Positions 1 to 10,240 of a DNA stretch of 64,000 bases are shown here, piece after piece; position 1 is the first letter of the stretch; the number at the start of each line of letters is the position of its first letter. Source of the DNA: Felis catus (lineage: Eukaryota). The translations under genes and the position numbers were made by a program. The stretch is taken from NCBI RefSeq assembly GCF_018350175.1, contig NC_058368.1, forward strand, positions 77,316,001-77,380,000, given 5' to 3'. Under the pieces are notes generated by a model. It saw only the letters and a program-made list of their open reading frames with translations, was not told the DNA's origin and did not search any database.

Positions 1-512
1 AATTAATTTCTGAAGTTCTCTGTAGAGCTGAGTCATTGTACTTTGTAGTTTCTAGCATGTATTAAGCAGCCCGAACACATTTGTTCCGACACACTAGGAT
101 TGCAATTTGCCCCTTTGTGAGATTCAGAGCAGAATCAGAGGCAAAGTAATGATAATAATTCTGAAGTCTAGAAATTCATCTCGATGAGGTCAAGCTGGCT
201 GAGTTATCTGCTGGCACCCCCATCTTGTCAAGCATCGTTTTTAAATTACTAAGATGTAACTTATTGAGGTATAATTCCTATACTACAAAATTTACCCTTT
301 TAAGTGTATAATTCAATGAACGTTAGTAAATTTGCATAATTATGAAACATTACCATAATCCAGATTGGGAACATTTCTATCACCCAAAGAGATCCTCTGT
401 ACTAATTTTCAGTCAGTTTCTGTTTCTACCCCCTGGCCTTGGGCATCACTGGTCTTTATACATATTTATTTTATTTTATTTTATTTTCTTATTTAAAAAC
501 TTTTTTTAACTT

Positions 513-718
513 GGGGCACCTGGGTGGCTCAGTCGGTTGAGAGTCTGACTTCGGCTCAGGTCATGATCTCACAGCTCTTGAGTTCCAGCCCCACGTCAGG
601 CTCTGTGTGCTGATGGGTCGGAGCCTGGAGCCTGCTTGGGATTCTGTGCCTCCCTCTCTCTCTGCCCCTAACCCATTCACATTCTGTCTGTCTCTCTCAA
701 AAATAAACATTAAAAAAA
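513..718 (+). mobile_element. Can-SINE (SINEC) inserted in the tail of a second SINE
   Basis: GGGGCACCTGGGTGGCTCAGTCGGTT head, (CT)n region and A-rich tail. Confidence 0.95.
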
Positions 719-721
719 TGT

Positions 722-947
722 TTTTAAAGTTTATTTATTTATTTTGAGAGAGAGAGAGAGAGAAAAAAAAAAACAGAGCATGTAACTGGGGGAGGGGCAG
801 AGAAAGAGAGAGAGAAAGAGAGAGAAAATCCTAAGCAGGCTCTGTGCTGTCAGTGCAGAGTCCGATGTAGGGCTCAAACTATGAGATCATGACCTGAGCC
901 AAAGTCAAGACCTGGATGCTTAACCAAATGAGCCACCCAGGCACCCC
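722..947 (-). mobile_element. Can-SINE
   Basis: Antisense SINE ending GAGCCACCCAGGCACCCC; TTTATACATATTT flanks the composite at about 455 and 950. Confidence 0.95.
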
Positions 948-1490
948 TATTTATACATATTTTATACATTTGCCTTTATGAATATTTTGTGTAAATGGAG
1001 TCATACAATACATGGTCTTTTGTGTCTGACTTCCTCCACTTAGCATAGTGCTTCTGACGTTTATCCATGTTCTGGAAGCATCCTGTCATTAACTTCAATC
1101 TACTGTTGGAACAATTCCTCTGACAGGTTTTGGTCCAAATTATGGTTCCTCCTACAATCACTTTTGCTGGGGTTGGCTATATTGCGTGTTACCTTTCACT
1201 GGTTATAAAGATGAACAAATACCAAGTTATGTTGATGTGGAAAGATCATCTTTTACATGATCCCAAGAACATTACTCAGAGTGAGATGTGAGAACAAGTA
1301 CAACCACAAGAATATAAACATCTAATATTTAGTGACGAAATGTTTGTTAAAGAAGGCAACTCTGAATGGAGGCATAAAGCAATGTGAGAAAATACTTTGC
1401 ATGAAATATTTGCATCCTTCAGTGTGGAAAAAAAATTAGAAATGGGAATATCTTCATTTGGAGAGTGAAGAGTTAAGATGCATCACACAA

Positions 1491-1686
1491 GGGCCACCTG
1501 GGTGGCTCAGTCAGTTGAGTGTCTGACTTTGGCTCAGGTCATGATCTCACGGTCCATGAGTTCAGGCCCCACATTGGGCTCTCTGCTGTCATGGCCAAGC
1601 CTGCTTGGGATCCTGTCTCTCTGTCTCTCTCTCTGCCCCTCCCCCACTCATGCCCTCTCTCAAAAACAAATAAGGATTTAAAAAAC
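1491..1686 (+). mobile_element. Can-SINE
   Basis: tRNA-like head, CT region and tail; TSD ATGCATCA(C/G)ACAA. Confidence 0.95.
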
Positions 1687-1891
1687 AATGCATCAGACAA
1701 GACAGATTAATAGAAACAAAATGAATGAACACTATTTATTGAGTATGCATCGTATTAGATGCTAATATGCTACACATATTAGAAAGTGTACAAAGGGATT
1801 TTTTTCCTAAAGTATTTACAAAATATAAAGATTTCTATATGATGAATATATAGAAAGCAAGTGCCCTCTCACTGATTAGGAGATTTTAAAA

Positions 1892-2102
1892 TTTTTTTTA
1901 ACATTTATTTATTTTTGAGACAGAGAGAGACAGAGCATGAACAGGGGAGGGGCAGAGAGAGAGGGAGACACAGAATCTGAAACAGGCTCCAGGCTCTGAG
2001 CTGTCAGCACAGAGCCCGACGCGGGGCTTGAACTCACGGACTGTGAGATCATGACCTGAGCCGAAGTCGGACGCTTAGCCCACCGAGCCACCCAGGCGCC
2101 CC
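1892..2102 (-). mobile_element. Can-SINE (felid type)
   Basis: Full antisense copy; TSD AGGAGATTTTAAAAT. Confidence 0.97.
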
Positions 2103-2458
2103 AGGAGATTTTAAAATCAAGAGTACATTCAGTGGAAGTAATTAGTAGGAGAGGAAAAAGTACAGATATTTACCATTGATATAGGGCACTGATATTTTTC
2201 TGAAGACATGTTTTCAACAGTGTATTATTATTTTTAATTTTTAAAATAAAATTACCAGCAAGTTTCTTCAAAGCAACATTTTATGATTCCTGAATTTGAA
2301 ATTGGCTCTTTTAGCCAATTGGATGATTTTTTTTTTAACTATCCATTTGCTGAGGGTTTTGACTGCCCCAAATCATAGCTTGCTATAGTATTTTTAGATT
2401 CAGGATTTTTTCTTGAAATAAAGCTTGACTCAAATTCAGTGGAAACACAATGGCAATC

Positions 2459-2670
2459 TTTTTTTTTTTTTTTTTAATTTATTTATTTATTTTAAGAGAA
2501 AAAGAGCACAAGTAGGGGAGGGACAGAGAGAAAGAGAGAATCCCAAGCAAGCTCCGTACCATTAGCACAGAACCTCATATGGGGCGTGAACTCACAAACC
2601 GTGAGTGAGATATGACCTGAGCTGAGATCAAAAGCTGGACGCTTAACCGACTGAGCCACCCAGGCACCCC
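2459..2670 (-). mobile_element. Can-SINE
   Basis: Poly-T, GA-rich region, antisense head. Confidence 0.95.
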
Positions 2671-2809
2671 ACACATCAACAATCTTAAAATGAATATTCC
2701 AGATATTGGGACCTTCCCAATATTGAATGAGTTGGGGATATGGCCATTGTTGAGTGAACCGTATTGGAGCTCAAGGTGAAAGGGAAAATGCGTCCTTGTA
2801 TGCATCCTT

Positions 2810-3925
2810 TTATTATTTTTTTTAAATAGATCTCATTTTCGCCATTTTTAGAATTACAGACTGATTAAAACGTCCGGCGAGTCCTGATATACCTCCTTAC
2901 CCAGTTTCCTGTTACATCACATTAGTATGATACATTTGTTATTGGTAGTGAACCCATATTGGCACATCATTATTAACTAAAGTCCGTGGCTTATTCAGAT
3001 TGTTTTGCTTTAACTTGATGTTCTTCGGTTCCAGGATTCTATTCAGGATGCCACATAACACCCCACCATCATGTCTCCTGGAGCTCTTCTTGGCCGTGAC
3101 AGTTTCTTAAACTTGGTTTTGATGTCCTTGACAGTTTTGAGGAGGACTGGTCAGATATTTTGTAGGATGCTCTTCCTATTGGAATTTGTCTAGCTTTATT
3201 ATTTTTGCTTTTTGAGATCGGATTGGGATAGTGTGTTTCGGGGAGGAAAGCCGCAGAAAGAAAGTCCCATTCTTGTCTCATATCAAGGTTACCTGCTCGG
3301 ATCTCGTGACCGAGGTGGTGTTTGTCAGGTTCTTCACCGGAAAGTGACTGCCCCCGGCTTTCCACACTGTCCCTTTTGGGAAGAAAGTCCATTCACAGTC
3401 CATACTTAAGCAGAAGGAAGGGCTGCTCTACCTCCTTGAGGGCAGAATGTCTCCGTAAATTACTTGAAATTACTCTGCCTGGGAGATTTGTGTGTTGTCT
3501 CCTATTTATTTATTTATTTATTCAGTCATTTATTTGGAATAACATAATCTCATGGATGTTGAGACTTATTTCATAATCTGGGTTAGATTCCCATACTGCT
3601 TCATACTGTTGCTTGACTTGTTCCAGTTTTGGCCATTGAGGGCTCCTTTAGTTGGCTCCTGGGTCCCCTTGACACCTCCCCCCCCCATCAATGTAGATCT
3701 TTATTTTTGTTAGCACTCCCTGGTTGACTGTCCCTACCAGAGGCTGCAGTCTCATCAGATATATCTGCTGCACAGCCCTCAATTCAGCCAATGGTCCCCA
3801 GAGCCCCACTTTCTTTTCTCAGAGCATGGTATTAGATACCAAGGTCTGGCCATGAGGTGTCATTGCCACTGACGTGTCATTGTTTCCAGTCACTGAGCTG
3901 ACGCAGCAAGGAAATACATCTATGA
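2810..3925 (-). mobile_element. L1MC-type 3' UTR fragment inserted within the hAT fossil
   Basis: CATTATTAACTAAAGTCC; CTTGACAGTTTTGAGGAGGACTGGTCAGATATTTTGTAGGATG; GGTATTAGATACCAAGGTCTGG resemble the L1MC3/4 3' end. Confidence 0.75.
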
Positions 3926-4060
3926 CCCCAATAGTTTTAAATGAGAAAATACGCTCGTCATAGGAGCTGAGATCGATTCTAATTTGAAAACAAACTATTC
4001 CGCATGGATACTATTCTCATTTTTTATTTGCTTTCATATTAAAATATATCAATATTTCAA

Positions 4061-4194
4061 GGGCGCCTGGGTGGCTCAGTCGGTTAGACGTCTGAGTCTT
4101 GATTTCAGCTCAGGTCATGATCTCACCGTTCATGAGATTGAGCCCTGTGTCTGGCTCTGCGCTAACAGTGTGGAGCCTGCTTGGGATTCTCTCT
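4061..4194 (+). mobile_element. Can-SINE, 3'-truncated
   Basis: Head present; sequence stops at the start of the CT region with no A-tail. Confidence 0.9.
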
Positions 4195-5284
4195 ATACTT
4201 TTATTCAGCAGATCATTTTCACAAGACTTTTTTTTTTCTTGAATGCTTTTTAGGAGAACTAAATTTAGATGTTGCACATTTATAGCCCTTCTCAGTTCAC
4301 TTCGATTTGCTACAAATTACTGTTTTACCCAATTAAAACTAGGAGCTCTGTCAAGTGATATTTACGCTGAATCAATTTATTTCAAAATGCAATTATAAAA
4401 TATCACATTTAAATTTTGAATACTTTCTGAATTCTCACCACTGAATTTGTTTGGTGTACCCCTTGCTCTTTAGGAGAAATTTATAATATCTTCCAATTCA
4501 GATGCTTTGTTTTGAATTATTGCAATTTGCTAAAAGCTTCCTAAAGTTGACTTTCTTTGGATACTCAATATATGAAAGAATGTGAGTAAAAATTTTCAGG
4601 TGATTTTGAACAAAATTGCGACTAACGTTCAGTATTATTTTAAGTATGAAACTGTAATTCTTCAAGGGCTCAAAATGTTCCCAAACCTGACTGATGGCTG
4701 GGTAGCAGAGTGAATGGCCCTGCTGAAGGATTTTTTTGTATTCTTTATCAGCGTCCTTCAAAAATTTGCAGCTGAGTTTTTTTTAAGTATACACATATCA
4801 CAATATTCATAATCATTCTATATTTGACAGAGTATTGAAACTTATTTGGATACAAATATGAATTCTCTGTATACCACAAGCAAGCTCCTAGGTTTCTTAA
4901 TTTAGTAAAAGGATTGTTTTATCACAGTGCTGTTCTTGACCAAAATGTATATATCATTCAAATCGGATAAATGAAACAGTTAGAGCATGTTGTCTTATCT
5001 TCAATGTTGAACGTTTCTCTTGATTTTATAAAAGCATTTGCAATCACATTTCACCTTTGACGGAGACTTCCAAGAGATTTACTTTGATTCTGTGAACTGG
5101 ATGAAAACTTAGAAGCCTTATTAGGACTAACTTCTTTCCCCTTTACGGCACCTGATGGCACTCGTATACAACTGGCATTGTTTATTTAACTGACACATTC
5201 TTCCTCCCGTGAAGCCAACACGTGAGAAGGTTTTACTTTTTTGTAGGTGCGTACAAAAAGCTGGAATCAAAAAGAAATGAGTGT

Positions 5285-5380
5285 GGGTCTCCTGGCTGGC
5301 TCAGTCAGTAGAGCATGAGACTCTTGATCTCGGGGTTGCGAGTTCGAGACCCATGCTGGGCGTAGAGATTACTAAAAAAA
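5285..5380 (+). mobile_element. Short old-type Can-SINE (tRNA-like head plus A tail)
   Basis: A box TGGCTCAGTCAG, B box GTTCGAGAC, GTAGAGATTACT then A tail; TSD AAAAGAAATGAGTG. Confidence 0.9.
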
Positions 5381-6194
5381 GAAAAAAGAAATGAGTGAAA
5401 TTAATTAAGAGAGTCATTGATCGAAATGAAACATCGTGCCTTACAGACTGATATGGAAATGACCTTTTCTAAAGGTATTAAATAATAGTTGGGTCAAATC
5501 TCAAAAATAAAAAAATAACTTTGAAGGTATATGCCATGGAGCTTTCAGAAGTGGTTGATGCATCATTAGGGCCCTATTCCTCTCCCCCCCGTGAAGGTAA
5601 ACTTTGAAAAACAACCCAATCCATGCAACGGCATCATCAACTTTCTTAGAAAATGGAAACTCAGTGACGTATTTTCAGTGAAAATAATTTTTCCCAGCAT
5701 TTAGTTATCCAAAGTATTTACTGGAAAATAAGGAAAAGCATCATAAAACCATAATAAAGAGATGCATTTGTTTTTCACTGTACATTGCAGGGGACAGACT
5801 CGTCTCCATCTGCCCTGTTTCGTGACAGCTCAACCCCTATTTCCTACTCGTATCTTCATGTCTATATAGCCTAGAGTTTCTCCCATGTCCTGTGGAGACA
5901 ACTGATTTGCAGCTCAGTGGCTTCGTGACCCTCATAGCACAAGGCAGAGGCCATCCACACCTGGCTGTGGTTTGGAGTTGGCGAGCGGAAACAGTGGTGT
6001 AAGGCACACCTCTGCTACGCTGGAGACAGGAGGAATTTGCTGGCCCAGTCACTTGAGTTTGAATCCACTTTGCTCATCCTGGGTATCTTGCATGCTCTCC
6101 TTGGAAGGAAAACCAAGGGGTATGGTCAGCCTGGTTGTGACCAAATGTCTCCTGTCTTGTGTACAGTCTTCAACCATGAAGAATAAGAACTGGG

Positions 6195-6370
6195 AAGGAG
6201 TTCCTACTCTTGGGGTCATGGACCACTTGAGTGGGAAGCTATCCATGGAAGCTATGGATGGGCTTCGGGGAGATCCCAAACCTCCTCAATTAGTGTGCAT
6301 GTTGCTGTGGAGTGAGTGACCCATAGCTTCTGTCAATTCTCAAAGAGGCTAACTGCTTTCAAGAACAATC
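6195..6370 (+). mobile_element. hAT-Charlie MITE (Charlie4z-like)
   Basis: ATGGATGGGCTTCGGGG...CCATAGCTT...ATTCTCAAAG...AAGAAC resembles the Charlie4z consensus. Confidence 0.6.
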
Positions 6371-7319
6371 ATTTGAAACTTGGAATTAAGGCAAAAAAGT
6401 GAATTGTGGGCCCTTTCCATATCATATTGGGTTATTGTTCATCACACTCACCCTAGTGTTGTTCAACATGTTTGACTTGGTTGTTTGCTCTTTGACTACA
6501 GCATAGGTGCCATGAAGTTACATGTTAATTGTAGATTTCTGTTCAGCAGGAAAAAAATAATCCCACTAGACTTTGCTCTTTTTTGTCCTATAGGATATTA
6601 ACGAGTTTTATATTTGACTGACCCATATCTCATTACAGTATTTCGCTTTTTTAATGCATTTCTGGAAGGTGTATCCAGACCCCTCTTCCTCAGATGTTCT
6701 TGGATCCAGATTTATCACCTTCCTGGCTCCCTCACTAATTAAGGAGTTGAATGAAACCTTTGAACACCTTCATTCTACGTGGGTACACAGAATATATTTT
6801 TAACTTTTTGGAAATGACACATTGACAGTCCAAAATATTAAGAACCTCTGTGCAGAGGGCTATCGGAAAGACACGAGGGCATAAGCTTCTCCTCCAGCTC
6901 CCTACTCGCACCATGGAGACTATCAAGCAAGGACAAAGATGTGTCTTAAACGTAACTTGTTGAAGAAGAAAGCAAAGGAAACTGACTTTTATTCAAGAAT
7001 CGACAAAAAACAAGGGCCTTCCTATGTGGTTGGGAAGGCTCTATAGAATATAACTCCTGAAATCCTCTGACCTCTTAGTCTATATGCTCCTCTGTTGTTA
7101 TACCAAATTCACAGCTGCAAAAGTCTGCACTGAAGAAGGAAGTTTTTCAGAATGGGGATCAACAAACAACCCTTCTCTCCATATTCAAAGCATGTAAACA
7201 CACAGAAGAACCACCTCAGGGGCAGGAATATCACTCACGGTGAAGAGAACAGTGTAGTATAATCCATGGTGGGCTTAGAGAGACGTTCATTGATAACTTT
7301 ATCCATCCCCACATGCATT

Positions 7320-7476
7320 AATTTATCATTTCATTCAAAAAGTTCTCTTGAGGGGCACCTGGGTGGCTCAGTTGGTTGAGCGTCCAACTTCAGCTCAGGT
7401 CATGATCTCATGTCCGTGGGTTTGAGCCCTGCATTGGGCTCAGTGCTGTCAGCTCGGAGCCTGGAGCCTGCTTTGG

Positions 7477-7512
<36 letters not shown>

Positions 7513-7970
7513 CTTCTCCTACTCATGCTCTGTCTCTCTGTCTCTCAAAAAATAAAAAAAAAGTTAAAATAATTTTTTTAAGTTATTTTGAGGGCTTGCT
7601 TGATGTCAGGTGCCAGTCTAGGTGCTGAGGTTTCAAGGCAGATGTGGGTGGGTATTAATCCATCAAATAGTTCAAATACAATAGGGTTTCAGGGAACATA
7701 ATGGGGGCTGGGTGGGGATGATCCTTGCCCACATTATGGATGAGGTGACAACCTGGTGTCTGCTAAGGCTGAGTAACAAAAGATGGAAACAGGCGGAGAG
7801 AGCACAGAGAGCACAGAACATGGAGCCTCATGACCCTGGAGGAATTTGGGTGTGGATGAACTACAATATTTCAGACACATGGCAGTGAGAAAGGAAGCAT
7901 AGGAAAAGCTAGCAGAGGCCAGCTCATAAAGGGTCTTGAAGACCATCTTAAAAAGCTGGGTTTTGATATT
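7320..7970 (-). mobile_element. L2 3' fragment, interrupted by a SINE
   Basis: TCATTTCATTCAA tail; GTGCCAG..CTAGGTGCTGAGG; purine-rich degenerate body. Confidence 0.55.
7352..7565 (+). mobile_element. Can-SINE
   Basis: Head, expanded (CT)n and A tail. Confidence 0.95.
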
Positions 7971-8258
7971 TTCTAAAACAGCGCATCTGACTACACTTCA
8001 AGTATTGTCACACGGTCAGGCTGTAGGCGAGAACTTTGGGATGGTTTTATCCAAAAGAGAAACCTTCCTTGACCTTTATATCCCGTTTTTTTCTTTCATG
8101 AACTTTGAACTTTGATTGGAAACACAGGCTAGATTCAACCTGAAGGCTGGGCAATCGATCCACACACCTAAAATCACTACGCACTGATAGAAACAGATGT
8201 TAACCAAATCCCAAGCTCTTCTGTGTGGGAAATAAGCCACAGCTTATTTAGATCATCA

Positions 8259-8298
8259 TTTATTTATCAAGATCATAATTTATTTATTAAGATCATAA
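8259..8298. repeat. 20-bp tandem duplication
   Basis: TTTATTTATCAAGATCATAA followed by TTTATTTATTAAGATCATAA, with a partial unit upstream. Confidence 0.85.
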
Positions 8299-8622
8299 TG
8301 GGTTGGGATAGGGAGGGATTTGGGCTGGACAGAGGAACGGTCTGTCCATGCAGTGGTTGAAGGGAAGAAGAAGTTACATTCAGGGAAGGATTTTTGGAAT
8401 TCACATTTCAAAAGCTTAAAAAGCAATTTTAAACATTTTGAAAAGTAAAAAGCTGTTTTCATTTGTTTCTAAGCAGCAGGAAACAAGTGACTACAGACCT
8501 ATATCCTACGTATATTAATTAAAGTGCACTACACAAATGGCAGAAAATCACTTTACTTTAGAATATCTCTCTCCCCCAAAACAACCTTGTAGTAAGTGCC
8601 TTTAAAAAATATATTTAGTGGT

Positions 8623-8845
8623 GGGGCGCCTGGGTGGCGCAGTCGGTTAAGCGTCCGACTTCAGCCAGGTCACGATCTCGCGGTCCGTGAGTTCGAAACC
8701 CGCGTCGGGCTCTCGGCTGATGGCTCAGAGCCTGGAGCCTGTTTCCGATTCTGTGTCTCCCTCTCTCTCTGCCCCTCCCCCGTTCATGCTCTGTCTCTCT
8801 CTGTCCCAAAAATAAATAAACGTTGAAAAAAAAATTAAAAAAAAA
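8623..8845 (+). mobile_element. Young felid SINEC_Fc
   Basis: CpG-intact GGCGCAGTCGGTTAAGCGTCCGACTTCAGCCAGGTCACG head; AAACGTTGA(n)TTA(n) tail; TSD ATATATTTAGTGGT. Confidence 0.98.
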
Positions 8846-9239
8846 TATATATATATATTTAGTGGTAGTAGTGCATTTAAAGATATAATTCAATGTATAA
8901 ATATTTGCAGTGCAAACTTTTTTGGTAATAAATCCACTTCAAAGAAATGCATGAAACAACCGGAGGGTAATTTATCTCATGTGAAATTATAAATTTGTAA
9001 CTCCAAATGTGTTCACTTTATGAAATCGCTTTTTCAGACTATATATTAGTTTGGTTCCCTGTTTTTTTTTAATTTTAGGTCTTTTTTTTTAATTTAGTAC
9101 ATATTGGTTCACCTATTAGAAAGATAAACTGTGATTGATTTCTTTGAATAGTCTTTGGTTGTTAGGTCGTAACTGAGCTTTCTCTTTCAAAAAAAATTTT
9201 TTTTAAGTTTATTTAATTAAAATTTTTTATTATTAAAAT

Positions 9240-9437
9240 TTTTTTTAATGTTCATCTATTTTTGAAGGGGGAGGAGAGGCAGACAGAGAGGGAGACACAG
9301 AATCCCAAGGAGGCTCTGGGCTCTGAGCTGTCAGCACAGAGCCCAACACGGGGCTCGAACTCATGACCTTTCGAGCCGTGAGATCATGACCTGAGCCAAA
9401 GTCGGCCACCCAACTTACTGAGCCACCTGGGCGCTCC
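9240..9437 (-). mobile_element. Can-SINE nested in the tail of the next SINE
   Basis: Antisense copy ending GAGCCACCTGGGCGCTCC. Confidence 0.93.
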
Positions 9438-9439
9438 AA

Positions 9440-9641
9440 TTTATTTAACTTTTGAGAGATAAGGAGAGCAGGGGAGGGGCAGAGAAAGAGATAGAGAGAG
9501 AAAGAGAGAGAGAATCCCAAGCAGGCCCTGCACTGTTAGCACAGAGCCCTATGCGGGACTCAAACTCATGAACCGTGAGATCATGACCTGAGCCAAAATC
9601 AAGAGTTGGATGCTTAAACGACTGAGCCACCCAGGTGCCCC
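9440..9641 (-). mobile_element. Can-SINE
   Basis: Antisense copy ending GAGCCACCCAGGTGCCCC. Confidence 0.93.
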
Positions 9642-10139
9642 AGCCTTTTCTCAATATAAACCCCTTTGGTGTGTTAATCAGAACATTTGCTATTTTCTGC
9701 ACCCCCTAAGGAACAATAACCTGCTTACCAGCGCTGAGTGCACCTGCCCGACAGGCACTGGGAATGGAGACACACGAAGGAGAAACATTTAGGTTTCCCT
9801 TAATCAATTCTCTGATCTGCTGGCATTTGTTTCAGAACAGTCAATCACAACTGAGTTACAGAAAAGAAACTAAAGTGAACTTCAAAACTGAGGTCACTAC
9901 TGCAAGGACTTAAGGCCATTTTTATCCAAGATTTCGTTACAATCCTACCTGTTGGATGCACAGCTCAGCCATTTTGGTGGTATATTGTTGAAGGCCATGG
10001 AGGCAAATCACTTCCACTTAGATTTAACAAATAATCCTTTACATGCAGACATAATACATGATTCGAAATTTCCAAATTATATTGTGCTTTTCATATAAGT
10101 AGAATGATGCTCTGGATTCTCTCTCTTAATAAAAATAAG

Positions 10140-10240
10140 TATAGATATACAAATATATTTTATATATAAATGAAGGCACATATATATATCTTTATACATA
10201 TATATATATATATGTAGAGAGAGAGAGAGAGAGAGACAGA
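10140..10240. repeat. Compound (TA)n/(GA)n microsatellite
   Basis: Directly visible dinucleotide runs. Confidence 0.9.

Larger units (their letters stand above)
255..1085 (-). mobile_element. Old L1 (L1M-type) 3' end fragment, interrupted by two Can-SINEs
   Basis: Antisense L1 3' motifs (TTATTGAGGTATAATT; GAACATTTCTATCACCC; TGGTCTTTTGTGTCTGACTTCCTCCACTTAGCATA). ORF 976-1161 gives the L1-like KDHVLYDSIY. Confidence 0.8.
2160..5720 (-). mobile_element. Fossil hAT DNA transposon (Blackjack-like): degraded transposase CDS interrupted by L1 and SINEs
   Basis: Minus-strand translation with frameshifts gives, in N-to-C order: TEFPFSKKVDD (~5640), FPYQSVRHDVSFRS (~5440), VLASREEE..INNASCIRVPSGA, FHPVHRIKVNLLEVSVKGE, VIANAFIKSRETFNIEDK (~5000-5220), DADKEYKKILQQG..PAISQVWEHFEPLKNY (~4660-4760), LDRAPSFNWV (~4340), ISAPMTSVFSHLK (~3940-3975; hAT dimerisation motif) and ISNSGIIKCCFEETC..KIKNNNTLLK..SEKYQ (~2185-2300). 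Confidence 0.8.

Noticed and set aside
4498..4761. Domesticated, functional transposase gene
   Set aside because: The fossil has many stops and frameshifts, a mutated catalytic motif and several insertions.
5285..5380. tRNA gene (A and B boxes present)
   Set aside because: It has the SINE 3' extension, an A tail and TSDs, so it is a tRNA-derived SINE.
6570..6675. Strong splice acceptor at 6593 as a coding exon
   Set aside because: All three frames hit stops within 30 nt and the downstream donor is weak. A non-coding exon cannot be excluded.
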